64,000 nt of DNA from positions 160,001 to 224,000 of the forward strand of contig JBFWJC010000003.1 of NCBI GenBank assembly GCA_050253415.1, written 5' to 3'. This document shows, piece by piece, positions 19,735 through 30,608 of the stretch. Position 1 is the first letter of the stretch; every line of letters starts with the position of its first letter. This DNA comes from Pedobacter sp. (GTDB lineage: Bacteria > Desulfobacterota > Desulfuromonadia > Desulfuromonadales > Syntrophotaleaceae). Below the pieces are notes generated by a model that saw only the letters and a program-made list of their open reading frames with translations, made no database searches and had not been told where the DNA came from. The position numbers and the translations under genes were made by a program.

Positions 19735-21768
19735 ATGGAACTGCAAATGATTGCTAAACTTGCACCGATCCTTGGTGCGGTTGGATTTGTGATCGCCATT
19801 GTGATCTACCGTATGATCAAGGCACAGCCTGTTGGCAACGAGTGTATGAAAGAGATTTCTGACGCCATTCATTCCGGCGCCATGGCTTTTCTTGGTCGTG
19901 AATACCGCGTGCTGTCCGTCTTTATCGTACTGGTGTTCTTTCTGATTTTCATGGGAATGAATATGCAAACCGCTCTGGCCTTTGTCGGCGGTGCGCTTTG
20001 TTCCATGATTTGCGGTTTCATCGGCATGAAGGCCGCCACCCGTGCCAACGTGCGCACCACCGAGGCGGCTCGCCAGTCCGGACAAGCCAAGGCCCTGGTT
20101 ATTTCCTTTAATGGCGGTGCCGTTATGGGTCTTGCCGTTGCTTCCCTCGGCCTGGTCGGTGTAGGCGTGGCTTATCTTCTTTTCGGTACCCCCGAAACCG
20201 CGCAATACATGACCGGTTTTGCCATGGGCGCTTCGTCCATCGCTCTGTTTGCGCGTGTTGGTGGCGGTATCTACACCAAAGCTGCTGACGTTGGAGCTGA
20301 CCTGGTTGGTAAGGTCGAAGCCGGTATTCCTGAGGATGATCCCCGCAATCCTGGTGTTATTGCCGACAACGTAGGCGACTGCGTTGGTGATACGGCAGGT
20401 ATGGGTGCTGACATCTTTGAATCGTATGTCGGCTCCATTATCGCCACCATTGCCATCGCTGCTGCTGCCAGCCCTGTCTTGCTGGAAAAACTCGGTGGTG
20501 GCGCTTCCGTTCAGGCTAACGCTATGCTGCTGCCGCTGGCCATGGCTACCATTGGCCTGATCTTCTCTCTGGTCGGCATCGGCTCCATGAAGTTCCTCAA
20601 AAGTATCGATCCCGCTAAGGCGCTGCACTATACAACGTTTGTCGCTGCCGGTGGTTTTCTGGTCGCTGCCTTCTTCCTGATTCAGGCTTTCGGTCTTACG
20701 GTCGGTGTTTTCTGGGCTATCCTGGCTGGTACCCTTGCCGGCATCGCCATCGGTCAGGTTACTGAATACTACACCGCCTCTACCCCGGTTATGCGTATCG
20801 CCGAGGCCAGCAAGACCGGTCCTGCTACCAACATCATCCACGGGCTTGCCGTCGGTCTTGAAAGTTGTGCCGTTCCGGTTCTGATCATCTGCGTGTCGAT
20901 CTTTGTGGCCAACTACTATGCAGGCCTTTACGGCATCGGTATCGCAGCTGTGGGCATGCTTGCCACCGTTGGTGTCACCATGACCGTGGATGCTTACGGA
21001 CCCATTGCCGATAATGCCGGCGGTATTTCGGAAATGTGCGGACTCGGTCCTGATGTTCGTAAAATCACCGACGGTCTTGATTCTATCGGTAATACCACCG
21101 CTGCTATCGGTAAGGGTTTCGCCATCGGTTCCGCAGCCCTGACCGCTTTGGCGCTTTTCTCCGCCTATGCCACAACTGTAGGTCTTGACAGCATCAACCT
21201 TATCAACCCTGCGACCGTTATCGGTCTGCTTATTGGTGGCATGTTGCCTTTCTTCATCGGCGCATTGACCATGACCAGCGTTGGCCGTGCTGCAGGTAAG
21301 ATGGTGGATGAAATCCGTCGTCAGTTTCGCGAAATCCCCGGTCTGCTCGAAGGCAAGCCCGGTGTCAAACCCGAACCTGAAAAGTGTATTGATATCTCTG
21401 CCCGTGCCGCACTGCGCGAAATGGTGTTGCCCGGCATGGTGGCTGTTATTGCACCGGTTCTGGTTGGTTTTGTTATCGGTATTGAAGCCCTTGGCGGCAT
21501 GCTCGCCGGTTCCACACTGGCCGGTGTACTGCTGGCTTTGATGATGTCCAATGGCGGTGGTGCTTGGGACAATGCCAAAAAGCTTATCGAGAAGGGCGAG
21601 CTTGACGGTGAGGTTAAGGGCGGCGATGCCCATAAAGCTGCCGTTGTAGGTGATACCGTTGGCGACCCGTTCAAAGATACTTCAGGTCCGGCCATGAACA
21701 TTCTTATCAAGTTGATGAGCGTCGTTTCTCTGGTAATTGCTCCGGTGCTGGTTCGTTTCTGGTCTTAA
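19735..21768 (+). CDS. hppA: K+-dependent, probably Na+-translocating membrane pyrophosphatase
   Basis: [31 protein letters not shown] (Ala = K+-dependent), ADIFESY (Glu position typical of Na+-PPases), [14 protein letters not shown]. Confidence 0.93.
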   Translation: MELQMIAKLAPILGAVGFVIAIVIYRMIKAQPVGNECMKEISDAIHSGAMAFLGREYRVLSVFIVLVFFLIFMGMNMQTALAFVGGALCSMICGFIGMKAATRANVRTTEAARQSGQAKALVISFNGGAVMGLAVASLGLVGVGVAYLLFGTPETAQYMTGFAMGASSIALFARVGGGIYTKAADVGADLVGKVEAGIPEDDPRNPGVIADNVGDCVGDTAGMGADIFESYVGSIIATIAIAAAASPVLLEKLGGGASVQANAMLLPLAMATIGLIFSLVGIGSMKFLKSIDPAKALHYTTFVAAGGFLVAAFFLIQAFGLTVGVFWAILAGTLAGIAIGQVTEYYTASTPVMRIAEASKTGPATNIIHGLAVGLESCAVPVLIICVSIFVANYYAGLYGIGIAAVGMLATVGVTMTVDAYGPIADNAGGISEMCGLGPDVRKITDGLDSIGNTTAAIGKGFAIGSAALTALALFSAYATTVGLDSINLINPATVIGLLIGGMLPFFIGALTMTSVGRAAGKMVDEIRRQFREIPGLLEGKPGVKPEPEKCIDISARAALREMVLPGMVAVIAPVLVGFVIGIEALGGMLAGSTLAGVLLALMMSNGGGAWDNAKKLIEKGELDGEVKGGDAHKAAVVGDTVGDPFKDTSGPAMNILIKLMSVVSLVIAPVLVRFWS

Positions 21769-21800
21769 TCTGACACTGGAAGTTTTATATCGTTAAATCT

Positions 21801-21827
21801 GATAGCCGGGAGTTGATCCCGGCTATC
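21801..21827. terminator. Stem-loop between hppA and ychF (no U tract; processing, stability or weak terminator)
   Basis: GATAGCCGGGA-GTTGA-TCCCGGCTATC perfect 11-bp stem. Confidence 0.5.
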
Positions 21828-21849
21828 GCTATTTAAGCAGGATATCTAC

Positions 21850-22944
21850 ATGGGATTTAAGTGCGGCATTGTTGGGTTGCCCAACGTTGGGAAATCGACC
21901 ATTTTTAACGCCATAACCTCGGCTGGTGCTGAGTCGGCAAACTATCCCTTTTGTACCATTGAACCAAATGTCGGCGTGGTTACGGTACCGGATCCGCGTC
22001 TTGATGCATTGGCTGAAATCGTACAGCCAAAAAGGGTTCTTCCTACGACTATTGAGTTTGTCGATATTGCCGGGTTAGTGCGTGGTGCCAGCCGCGGAGA
22101 GGGTCTTGGTAATCAGTTTCTTGGGCATATTCGCCAAGTTGATGCCATCGCTAACATTGTACGTTGTTTTGATGATGACAATGTTGTCCATGTAGACGGA
22201 TCTGTCGACCCGTTGCGGGATATTGAGATCATTCAGACAGAGCTGAATCTTGCCGATCTTGATACGGTTGAAAAGCGTTTGGTGCGTCTGCAGAAGATGG
22301 CTAAAAGCGGAGATAAGGACTCGAAGGAACAACAGGAAATACTTCTGCGGGTTCGCGACACTCTAGATGCTGGAAAGCCTGCCCGTGCTGCAGGGTTGAA
22401 TGATGAAGAACTGCGCTTGATTTATGATTTGCATCTGATCACCGCCAAGCCGGTTTTGTATGTTGCCAATGTTGCCGAAGATGATCTCCTTGGTGAGCAT
22501 CCGCACGTGGCTCGCGTGCAGGAGTTCGCAGCACAGGAAGGTGCTGTAGCAGTGGCTATCTGCGGCAAGATTGAAGCGGAAATTGCCGAACTGGATGGTG
22601 ATGAAAAGCAGGAATTTCTCGACGAGCTCGGTCTGGACAGTTCCGGACTTGATCAAATGATTCGAGCCGGTTACGAACTCCTGGGATTGATCACCTACTT
22701 TACCGCAGGGGTTCAGGAGGTGCGTGCCTGGACCGTACATCGCGGCGATCGTGCACCTCAGGCAGCTGGCGTTATTCATAGTGACTTTGAAAAAGGGTTT
22801 ATTCGAGCGGAGGTCATTGCTTACAACGATTTCATTGCCTGTCGTGGTGAAGCCGGAGCTAAAGAAAAAGGCCTGTTAAGACTCGAGGGTAAAGACTATG
22901 TTGTGCAGGACGGTGATGTCATGCATTTCAGATTTAATGTTTAA
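21850..22944 (+). CDS. ychF: Redox-regulated ATPase YchF
   Basis: [39 protein letters not shown]. Confidence 0.97.
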   Translation: MGFKCGIVGLPNVGKSTIFNAITSAGAESANYPFCTIEPNVGVVTVPDPRLDALAEIVQPKRVLPTTIEFVDIAGLVRGASRGEGLGNQFLGHIRQVDAIANIVRCFDDDNVVHVDGSVDPLRDIEIIQTELNLADLDTVEKRLVRLQKMAKSGDKDSKEQQEILLRVRDTLDAGKPARAAGLNDEELRLIYDLHLITAKPVLYVANVAEDDLLGEHPHVARVQEFAAQEGAVAVAICGKIEAEIAELDGDEKQEFLDELGLDSSGLDQMIRAGYELLGLITYFTAGVQEVRAWTVHRGDRAPQAAGVIHSDFEKGFIRAEVIAYNDFIACRGEAGAKEKGLLRLEGKDYVVQDGDVMHFRFNV

Positions 22945-23053
22945 GGTTGTGGCGATCAGCCTTTTCTGGTCGGTTGGTCGGAAAAGCGTTGAATTGCCCT
23001 GGTCTATGTGGTATTAAACTAAGTTCTGTTTTTAGGCGGACACTTAGGTGTCT

Positions 23054-23103
23054 ACTCCTTGCTCCGGACTGTGCCGGGGTTAAACACTCGAGAGGAGAGT
23101 TAC
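23054..23103 (+). promoter_or_regulatory. Putative S6:S18 autoregulatory leader
   Basis: ACTCCTTGC can pair with the AGGAG RBS and encloses hairpin CTCCGG-ACTGTG-CCGGGG, directly upstream of rpsF. Confidence 0.55.
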
Positions 23104-23457
23104 ATGCGTACTTACGAAAACATCATGATCGTCCATCCGGACAAGGTCGGGGATGAGTACAATGCCGTTGTTGAAAAATTCAAGGGCGTACTTACCGATC
23201 TCAATGCCAATCTCCTGAAGGTTGACGAATGGGGTGTGCGCAAGCTTGCATATCCGGTCAAAAAACAAGGCCGGGGAAGCTATGTGTTGACCGTATTTGA
23301 AGCCGATCCGAGCATTATTGACGAATTTGAGCGTCGTCTGCGTCTCGATGAAGCTGTTATTAAATTCCAGACCGTATTCCTGGAAAAAGGCTTTGTTGAA
23401 GATGTCTCCTCAAAGTTGAGTGAAGATAGCGACGAGAACCTCGACGAAGAAGAGTAA
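23104..23457 (+). CDS. rpsF: 30S ribosomal protein S6
   Basis: [16 protein letters not shown]...G.Y, acidic tail. Confidence 0.97.
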   Translation: MRTYENIMIVHPDKVGDEYNAVVEKFKGVLTDLNANLLKVDEWGVRKLAYPVKKQGRGSYVLTVFEADPSIIDEFERRLRLDEAVIKFQTVFLEKGFVEDVSSKLSEDSDENLDEEE

Positions 23458-23510
23458 AATCGGATCTTTGCGATGACAACATCGCACTGCACATTAGGAG
23501 GAATATAAGC

Positions 23511-23789
23511 ATGTATGACAAAAAACCTGCCGGAGCTGCTGGTAAACGCCCTTCTGTACGTCGTCGTTTTTCCCGGCGCAAGGGTTGCCGTTTCTGTGCT
23601 GACAGCACCATGAAAATTGATTATAAAGAATTACGGAACCTGCGTTATTTCGTTTCCGAACGCGGTAAGATCGTACCTCGCCGTATTTCCGGTAACTGCG
23701 CCGAGCATCAGCGTAAAGTTTGTGAAGCAATCAAGCGCGCTAGAAATATCGCTCTGCTGCCCTTTATGGCTGGGCATTCCGTCGACTAG
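23511..23789 (+). CDS. rpsR: 30S ribosomal protein S18 (Zn-binding CxxC form)
   Basis: [39 protein letters not shown]. Confidence 0.97.
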   Translation: MYDKKPAGAAGKRPSVRRRFSRRKGCRFCADSTMKIDYKELRNLRYFVSERGKIVPRRISGNCAEHQRKVCEAIKRARNIALLPFMAGHSVD

Positions 23790-23806
23790 AACCGAGGGAC
23801 CTTACT

Positions 23807-24763
23807 TTGAGTATGGCGCAAAAGGTTCTTTCCGTGGCAGGTGCAGTGGTTTCGACCGTTGGACTGCAGTTGTTGGTACTCAGCCTTGTCTCGCAAGACC
23901 AAAGCAGCGCTGTTGTGATTGTCGGTAGTGGCTTGGCTTTCCTGGTGCCTTGGCCTGTAGCCCTTTTGGCTGTTCGCCATGGGATAGGCTCTGCATTCGC
24001 TGCATTGCTGGCGTCAGGTTTGCTGCTCGGCATAGCCGTTAGTCCTGTTCTCGCCGTAGCCTATGTCGTTCAGTTTGGAATGGGCTCGGTTATGGTGCCT
24101 CACCTGCTTATGAGGGGCTGGAGATGGGATGCAGCAGTTCTGTCAGGTACCGGGTTAAGTTTGGGTTGCGGAATCATTGCTCTTAGTGCTTATGCTCTAC
24201 AGCTTGGGCAATCTACGCTTACTTTTGCAGATAATTGGGCCCGTACCGAGGTAGATAAGGCTCTTTTAGCTCTTGAGTATGACAAGCTTCCGGCTGAAGT
24301 GGCGCAGCAAACCGAAAAGATCGTTCAGGATTTAGGTGACAGGCTTGTTGATCTTTATCCTGCCATGACAATCTTGACCATTGCCGTAATGCTGCTGGTA
24401 CTGGTGGTTTTTCTTCGTCGGAAGGCTGGACAATTTTTGCCTGCTCAAAGTCTCTTTCATGCATGGAAAGTGGCTGAACATCTTGTTTGGATTCTTATTG
24501 CCAGTGGCGCGTCCGTTCTCATTTTTGAAGGTGCGTGGCATAGGCTTGCGTTGAATGTGTTGGTGGTGATACTCGCCATTTACTTTCTGCAAGGGCTGGC
24601 AATATTAAACCACTTTTTCAACGTGAAGGGGGTGCCCCCGTTTTTGAGGGTACTCGGTTATTTTCTGGTTGTTGTAAGTTTTCCTTTGCGGATACTTGCA
24701 ACCGGGGTCGGAGTTTTCGATCTTTGGATCGATTTTCGAAAACCCAGAAACCACAAGGATTAG
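23807..24763 (+). CDS. DUF2232 (YybS-like) membrane protein
   Basis: Multi-TM protein with YFLQGLA and G.G.FD.WIDFR; conserved position between rpsR and rplI. Confidence 0.8.
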   Translation: MSMAQKVLSVAGAVVSTVGLQLLVLSLVSQDQSSAVVIVGSGLAFLVPWPVALLAVRHGIGSAFAALLASGLLLGIAVSPVLAVAYVVQFGMGSVMVPHLLMRGWRWDAAVLSGTGLSLGCGIIALSAYALQLGQSTLTFADNWARTEVDKALLALEYDKLPAEVAQQTEKIVQDLGDRLVDLYPAMTILTIAVMLLVLVVFLRRKAGQFLPAQSLFHAWKVAEHLVWILIASGASVLIFEGAWHRLALNVLVVILAIYFLQGLAILNHFFNVKGVPPFLRVLGYFLVVVSFPLRILATGVGVFDLWIDFRKPRNHKD

Positions 24764-24783
24764 ATCCTTTTTGGAGGAACTCA

Positions 24784-25230
24784 ATGGATATCATCTTGAT
24801 GGAAAACGTGGATGGCTTGGGCCAGATTGGCGAGTTGGTCAAGGTAAAGGCCGGTTATGCACGTAACTTTCTTATTCCCAAAAAGTTTGCCGTTGAAGCA
24901 AATACTCGCAATCTTAAAGAACTTGAGCATCAGAAGCGTCAGCTTGAGCGCAAGGCTCAGAAGATGCTTCAGGCCTCTGAAGTTCTTAAAGCTCAGATTG
25001 AAAAGGTTGCGTGTGCCTTTGCTCTGCGTGCAGGCGATGACGGTAAGTTGTTCGGTTCTGTAACCAGCATGGAAATCCAATCGAAACTGGCTGAGGCTGG
25101 AATTGAAATGGATCGCAAGAAAATTCAGCTGGACGAGCCGATTAAGGCTCTGGGCGATTACGACATCGCGGTCAAATTGCCTGCCGGCATTGTTGCTACC
25201 GTGAAGGTTTCGGTAACCGCACTTGATTAA
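24784..25230 (+). CDS. rplI: 50S ribosomal protein L9
   Basis: LG..G..VKVKAGYARNFLIP, GKLFGSVT, PIKALG. Confidence 0.97.
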   Translation: MDIILMENVDGLGQIGELVKVKAGYARNFLIPKKFAVEANTRNLKELEHQKRQLERKAQKMLQASEVLKAQIEKVACAFALRAGDDGKLFGSVTSMEIQSKLAEAGIEMDRKKIQLDEPIKALGDYDIAVKLPAGIVATVKVSVTALD

Positions 25231-25236
25231 ACATCA

Positions 25237-25272
25237 CGCCGGCACCGGGGTATATTCCGGTGCCGGCGGTTT
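25237..25272 (+). terminator. GC-rich stem-loop after rplI
   Basis: CGCCGGCACCGG...CCGGTGCCGGCG followed by a short T run. Confidence 0.6.
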
Positions 25273-25293
25273 CACAGACTTGCCGATGTATCT

Positions 25294-26664
25294 ATGACCA
25301 ATATTCCGGTGACTAAACTACCGCCCCAGTCTCTGGAAGGCGAAATGTCCGTACTGGGCGGCATTCTGCTTGAAAATGAAGCCCTCAATAAGGCGTTGGG
25401 AATACTGCGTCCGGACGACTTTTACCGAGATAGTCATAAAAAGATTTTTGCCGCACTTCTGCACCTCTCCGATATCGGTGAACCTGCCGATCTTGTCACG
25501 CTTACAGCCGCACTCCAAAAAAAAGGTGAACTTGATGCCGTAGGCGGTATAAGTTACCTGACTACGCTGGTTGATTATGTTCCTACTGCCGCCAATATTG
25601 TCTATTATTGCCGGATGGTTAAGGAAAAAGCGTTAGCCAGGCATCTGATCTCCGTGGCGACCGAGATCGCAACAAAAGGCTATGAAGGCGGCGATATTGA
25701 ATCTCTTCTGGATTGGTCCGAAAAATCCATATTTGAAATCAGCGGTATGAAAAATAAACCTTCTTATTTCTCAACGCGAGAAATAATGAAGGATACCATT
25801 CAAATTATTGAAGATTTATATCACCGTAAAGAGCTGGTCACGGGCGTCACTACCGGTTACAAGGTGTTGGATGAAATGACCGCCGGGATGCAGCCTTCCG
25901 ACTTGATTATCGTGGCTGGCCGCCCATCCATGGGTAAGACGGCGTTTGTGCTTAATCTTGTAGAAAATGCCTCGGTTCAAGCCGCCAAACCTGTTCCCAC
26001 GGTTGTCTTCTCCCTGGAGATGAGTAAGGAGTCGCTTGTTCAACGTCTCCTCTGTTCTCTGGCCCGGGTTGATGCAGGACGCCTGAGAACCGGCAATCTG
26101 GTAGAGTCCGACTGGCCAAAACTCATTGAGGGTGCCAGTAAGCTCTCCGAAGCACCGATTTTTATCGATGACACTCCGGCTATCACGGTTATGGAACTTC
26201 GCGCCAAGGCGCGACGCCTTAAGGCCGAACATAATCTGGGCATGGTCGTCGTCGATTATCTGCAGTTGATGCAAGGGCATAATCCTGAAAGCAGGCAGCA
26301 GGAGATATCCGAAATTTCCCGATCCTTGAAAGCGCTTGCCAAAGAGATTAATGTTCCGGTTCTGGCTCTGTCTCAGTTGAACCGTTCTTTGGAAAATCGT
26401 ACAGATAAACGCCCCATTATGGCTGACTTGCGTGAATCCGGTGCGATAGAACAGGATGCTGACGTTATTATGTTTATTTATCGCGAGTCCGTTTATTGCG
26501 ATGATTGTCGCAGTAAAGAGCGTACTTGTGAAAAAGGGCATGATAAAGATGCCGAAATTATCATCGGTAAACAGCGTAACGGTCCGATCGGTACGGTGCA
26601 CTTGACTTTCCTGGGCCAATTTACCCGTTTCGAAAATCAAGCGCGTCGCGAGGATCCCTATTGA
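25294..26664 (+). CDS. dnaB: Replicative DNA helicase
   Basis: AGRPSMGKT, FSLEM, DYLQL, LSQLNR, DLRESGAIEQDAD, KQRNGP. Confidence 0.98.
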   Translation: MTNIPVTKLPPQSLEGEMSVLGGILLENEALNKALGILRPDDFYRDSHKKIFAALLHLSDIGEPADLVTLTAALQKKGELDAVGGISYLTTLVDYVPTAANIVYYCRMVKEKALARHLISVATEIATKGYEGGDIESLLDWSEKSIFEISGMKNKPSYFSTREIMKDTIQIIEDLYHRKELVTGVTTGYKVLDEMTAGMQPSDLIIVAGRPSMGKTAFVLNLVENASVQAAKPVPTVVFSLEMSKESLVQRLLCSLARVDAGRLRTGNLVESDWPKLIEGASKLSEAPIFIDDTPAITVMELRAKARRLKAEHNLGMVVVDYLQLMQGHNPESRQQEISEISRSLKALAKEINVPVLALSQLNRSLENRTDKRPIMADLRESGAIEQDADVIMFIYRESVYCDDCRSKERTCEKGHDKDAEIIIGKQRNGPIGTVHLTFLGQFTRFENQARREDPY

Positions 26665-26682
26665 TTGTCATGACCCTTATTG

Positions 26683-26720
26683 AAAAAAAAGGCTCCGGAA
26701 ATATTTCCGGAGCCTTTTTT
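26683..26720. terminator. Bidirectional intrinsic terminator (dnaB / ntrC)
   Basis: A8-GGCTCCGGAAA-TA-TTTCCGGAGCC-T6 between convergent genes. Confidence 0.9.
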
Positions 26721-26753
26721 ATTGGTGACAGATTTATGCCAGGGGAGTGGGGT

Positions 26754-28187
26754 CTACAACTCCTTTAAATCGATGTCCAGTAATTGAATCTTTTTGCGCA
26801 GAGTATTGCGGTTAATGCCAAGAATTTCGGCAGCGCGAACCTGGTTGCCGCGGGTTTTATCAAGGATGATGGAAATCAGCGGCCGTTCCATCTGGTGCAG
26901 GACCATCTGGTAAAGATTGTTGAGCTCGTTGACATCCATGGGGGCAAAGGTGGCAAGCAATTTGTTGGAGATAAGGGCTTCAAGAGATTCGTCTGTCTCT
27001 TTTCGGGTCGTCTCGGGAGCCAATCCGGGAAAATCACCAGGTGTCAGCAATTGGTCTGATGATAGCAGCGCGGCGCGTTTAAGGGTATTTTCGAGCTCGC
27101 GGACGTTGCCGGGCCAGTCATGCCGCTTAAGATGCGCTATGGCCTCCTTGGTGCATCCCTGAATGCCGACATTGAGGTCTTTTCGTGCTGCATCAAGGAA
27201 ATACTCAACCAGGGCCGGGATGTCATCGCGACGCTCTCTCAGGGGTGGAATGGCGATCGGCACAACGTTGAGACGGTAGAACAGGTCTTCACGAAACTCC
27301 CTTGCCGCAACCTTTTCGCGAAGATTCTGATTGGTGGCTGCAACAATCCGTACATCAACGGAAATGGAAGTGCTGCCGCCGGTGCGGGTTATTTCGCGTT
27401 CTTGCAGCACGCGCAGTAATTTAGCTTGTAATTCCAGTGGCATATCCCCGATTTCATCGAGGAAAAGGGTGCCGCCGCTGGCCTGTTCAAATTTACCGAT
27501 TTTGCGGTCGGTGGCGCCGGTAAAAGCGCCTTTTTCATGCCCGAAAAGTTCGCTTTCCAAAAGTTCACTGGGGATGGCGGCACAGTTCAGGGCCAGGAAG
27601 TCTTTGCCTACTCTGGGACTATTATAGTGGATGGCCCGTGCAACCAGTTCCTTACCGGTGCCGCTTTCGCCTGTAATCAGCACAGTGACATCGGTTGGCG
27701 CTACCCTTCCCAGGATTTTGTAGATTTCCTGCATCGGCTTGCTCTTGCCAATGATGGCGCGATCCAGGGGATATTGCTCCTTGAGTTCGGTTTTGAGGCG
27801 GTGAACTTCCTCGGCAGCAACTGCGGCTTTTTGCGCTTTGACGATGATGGCTTCAAGGGCATCGAGGTCAAAAGGTTTGGTCAGGTAATCGTACGCACCG
27901 AGCTTCATGGCTTCTACCGCATTTTTCATGGACGATTCGGCCGTGATGATAATGACGAGCATTTCGGGCCGCTGTTCCTGAAAGTAGCGCAGCAGTTCCA
28001 GTCCGGAAACATCGGGCATTTTGATATCGAGGATGGCCAGGTCGTAATGGCGACGCTTAAACATAGTTTTCGCATCACCTCCGTCGGAGGCCAGATCAAC
28101 GGTGAAGCCTTGCTTGGTCAGTGCCTTGCGTAGGACCCAGCGGATACTTTCTTCATCATCTGCTACCAGAATACGTTGTATGGACAT
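26754..28187 (-). CDS. ntrC: Sigma54-dependent response regulator NtrC
   Basis: REC domain, [24 protein letters not shown], Fis [23 protein letters not shown]; dusB-ntrB-ntrC synteny. Confidence 0.88.
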   Translation of the reverse strand: MSIQRILVADDEESIRWVLRKALTKQGFTVDLASDGGDAKTMFKRRHYDLAILDIKMPDVSGLELLRYFQEQRPEMLVIIITAESSMKNAVEAMKLGAYDYLTKPFDLDALEAIIVKAQKAAVAAEEVHRLKTELKEQYPLDRAIIGKSKPMQEIYKILGRVAPTDVTVLITGESGTGKELVARAIHYNSPRVGKDFLALNCAAIPSELLESELFGHEKGAFTGATDRKIGKFEQASGGTLFLDEIGDMPLELQAKLLRVLQEREITRTGGSTSISVDVRIVAATNQNLREKVAAREFREDLFYRLNVVPIAIPPLRERRDDIPALVEYFLDAARKDLNVGIQGCTKEAIAHLKRHDWPGNVRELENTLKRAALLSSDQLLTPGDFPGLAPETTRKETDESLEALISNKLLATFAPMDVNELNNLYQMVLHQMERPLISIILDKTRGNQVRAAEILGINRNTLRKKIQLLDIDLKEL

Positions 28188-28273
28188 GCTAGTTTCCCGG
28201 ACTTATGGTTTCCGTACCGCGGACAGTGGCGGTAGGGTGGTTAGTGATACTGGAGCGGCGGTGAAACGACTGA

Positions 28274-29374
28274 TTACCCTCGTTTTAGAGGCAAAGATAC
28301 CGTGAAGGTGGTACCTTGCTCTAGATGGGTCGAAACGCGCAGCGAACCCTGGTGTTCGTTGATGATTTTCTGGCATATGGCCAGACCTAATCCACACCCT
28401 TTGGTTTTTGTGGTGAAAAATGGGGTGAAAATACGGTCGAGCTCATCCGGGGGAATGCCGGGACCGTTGTCCTGAATTTCCACCGTGACCATCGGCACGG
28501 GCCGTTCACCAGGCTTGTTGAACAGGTATTGACCAGCAATGCGCGAGGTTATGGTGATGATCCCGTCGTTTTCAAAGGCTTCGGCAGCATTTTTCAGCAG
28601 GTTAAGGAATAACCTGGAAAGAAGAGTATCATCACCTTTAATGGGCGGAATGCTTGGGTCAAGCTGCATTTGATAGTTGATCTTCTTGTCCGGATGACTT
28701 TGCTTTTGCAGCAAAACCTGGTCAGCAAGAATGCGCGACAGGTTGACTTCGCTGAGTTGGGTCGGACGCGGACGGGTAAGGTCAAGGAGTTCCTCTATCA
28801 GGTCATTGACCCTGTTGACTTCCCTGGTCATGACGCGAGTGTATTCCCGCAGGGGGTTCTCTGGCGGCAATTCAAGATTCAGAAGTTGTGCCGCGCCTTT
28901 GATGCCACCCAGGGGGTTTTTGATTTCGTGCGCCAGTCCGGCCGCGAGTGTCCCCAGCATTGCCAGGCGATCGGCTTGGCGGACGGTCTCCTCCAGTTCT
29001 CGTATCTGGGAATGGTCACGTAAAATAACCACAGCACCTTCCTGTTCACCCTTTCTGGTGAAAAGAGGCGAGGCGGATAATCCAACCGGAAGAGGGTCGG
29101 CCAAGGGTCGGTGCAGGAGGATATCCTCATGGCTGGTGATCGATCGCCCCGATTGCAGGGCAGCGCGTACAAGACGCAGGAGCTCAGCGCTTGAGCCGAA
29201 CAGATCGCCTAAGGAGCGTTTCAGGGCTTGTCGTTCAGAATATCCGGTACATATCTGTGCAGCGGGATTAAACAATACGATGAGTTCGGCATCGTCAATG
29301 GCAATCACCGCTTCTTCCATATTTTCCAGTACCCTCATGTAGAGAGACCGGTCTTTTTGCTCACCGTTGTTCAT
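28274..29374 (-). CDS. ntrB: PAS sensor histidine kinase NtrB
   Basis: PAS domain, LAHEIKNPLGGIKGAAQLL, NLLKNA, DNGPGI, GCGLGL. Confidence 0.88.
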   Translation of the reverse strand: MNNGEQKDRSLYMRVLENMEEAVIAIDDAELIVLFNPAAQICTGYSERQALKRSLGDLFGSSAELLRLVRAALQSGRSITSHEDILLHRPLADPLPVGLSASPLFTRKGEQEGAVVILRDHSQIRELEETVRQADRLAMLGTLAAGLAHEIKNPLGGIKGAAQLLNLELPPENPLREYTRVMTREVNRVNDLIEELLDLTRPRPTQLSEVNLSRILADQVLLQKQSHPDKKINYQMQLDPSIPPIKGDDTLLSRLFLNLLKNAAEAFENDGIITITSRIAGQYLFNKPGERPVPMVTVEIQDNGPGIPPDELDRIFTPFFTTKTKGCGLGLAICQKIINEHQGSLRVSTHLEQGTTFTVSLPLKRG

Positions 29375-30351
29375 GGATCCTCAGTTGTCGCGTTGGCGGC
29401 ATGTTCGAAAAAGTGCCGTATCAGGCTGCGCATCTCGTCAATGGAACCAGCCTGGTTGATGCGGGCTCGAAACTGGGCCGCCCCGGCCAGGCCTTTTGCA
29501 TACCAGCACAAGTGCTTACGCATATCAAGAACGGTCTTACGTTCGCTGTTATAACGAAGAAATATTGCTATGTGGCGCAGCGCTATCTCACGGCGGGCCT
29601 CTACGGTAGGTGCCACGGCCGCTTTTCCTTCTAACAAAGCCAGGATGTTTTGTGCGAGCCATGGATTGCCGTAACAACCGCGGCCGATCATGACGGCGTC
29701 ACAACCGGTTTCCTTTAACATCCGTTGCGCATCTTCGGCTTCAAAGATATCGCCGCTGCCGATAACCGGAATGGTTGCGCGTTGTTTCAATTCACCGATG
29801 TGGTGCCAATTAGCTGTGCCGGAAAAACCCTGGCTGCGGGTGCGCGGATGCAAGGTAATGGCATCCACGCCTTCCTGTTCTGCAATGTGGGCGATTTCCA
29901 GAAAGTTGATGCTGGACTGATCCCATCCGGACCGGATTTTAACGGTCAGGGGCAAGTCGGTTGCGCGTCGCATGGCCGCAAGGATCTGGGCGACCCGTTG
30001 CGGTGTCTGCATAAGGGCACTGCCAGCGCCACTGCGGACAACCTTTTTGACGGGACATCCAATATTCAGGTCGATGAGATCGCCCTGTGTCTCGACCTGT
30101 CTGCATGATTCGGCAAGCGTTACCGGATTTTCGCCAAACAATTGAATGCCAAGAGGGCGATCCCCGGGTTCGGACGCAAGCAGATCCTTGGTGGCATCGC
30201 CACCCAGGATCAATCCGTTGGCGCTGACCATTTCCGTGAACGCCAGACCTATGCCAAAAGGCCGCATAAGCAAACGGCAGGACAAGTCCGTGATGCCGGC
30301 CATGGGCGCAAGCAGAATATTATGTTTTATGTGGAGTGATTTTATTTTCAT
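29371..30351 (-). CDS. dusB: tRNA-dihydrouridine synthase B
   Basis: LAPMAG, TEMVSA, DLNIGCP, VKIRSGWD, HPRT, VMIGRG..GNPW. Confidence 0.93.
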   Translation of the reverse strand: MKIKSLHIKHNILLAPMAGITDLSCRLLMRPFGIGLAFTEMVSANGLILGGDATKDLLASEPGDRPLGIQLFGENPVTLAESCRQVETQGDLIDLNIGCPVKKVVRSGAGSALMQTPQRVAQILAAMRRATDLPLTVKIRSGWDQSSINFLEIAHIAEQEGVDAITLHPRTRSQGFSGTANWHHIGELKQRATIPVIGSGDIFEAEDAQRMLKETGCDAVMIGRGCYGNPWLAQNILALLEGKAAVAPTVEARREIALRHIAIFLRYNSERKTVLDMRKHLCWYAKGLAGAAQFRARINQAGSIDEMRSLIRHFFEHAANATTEDP

Positions 30352-30352
30352 T

Positions 30353-30397
30353 TGCACAATTTTTATGCAGTTTAACCATGACTTTTGCAGATTGCAA
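30353..30397 (-). promoter_or_regulatory. dusB-ntrBC sigma70 promoter overlapped by an NtrC-like box
   Basis: Minus strand TTGCAA-N17-TAAACT; 17-bp TGCACAATTTTTATGCA at 30353-30369 fits the NtrC pattern TGCAC-N7-RTGCA. Confidence 0.6.
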
Positions 30398-30608
30398 GCG
30401 AAAATCCCGCAGCGGTGATTTTTACTGTATTTACAAGATATTGAGCATAATATAAATTGGTCTGACAGGTAGCGATATGGGGAAATCTGTTTTAAAATCA
30501 AAAGTGAGTGCGAATACTTTCAAGTTAGTCGGTAACGTGGCCTAAAGCGAATTGTCCAGGATATGACGGGTTTTTCCCGACGGGTTGATGCCGTTCAAGG
30601 AGTTGATG

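Noticed and set aside
19711..21633. 640-aa antisense ORF over hppA
   Set aside because: Shadow frame expected from the strong codon bias of hppA; no recognisable motifs
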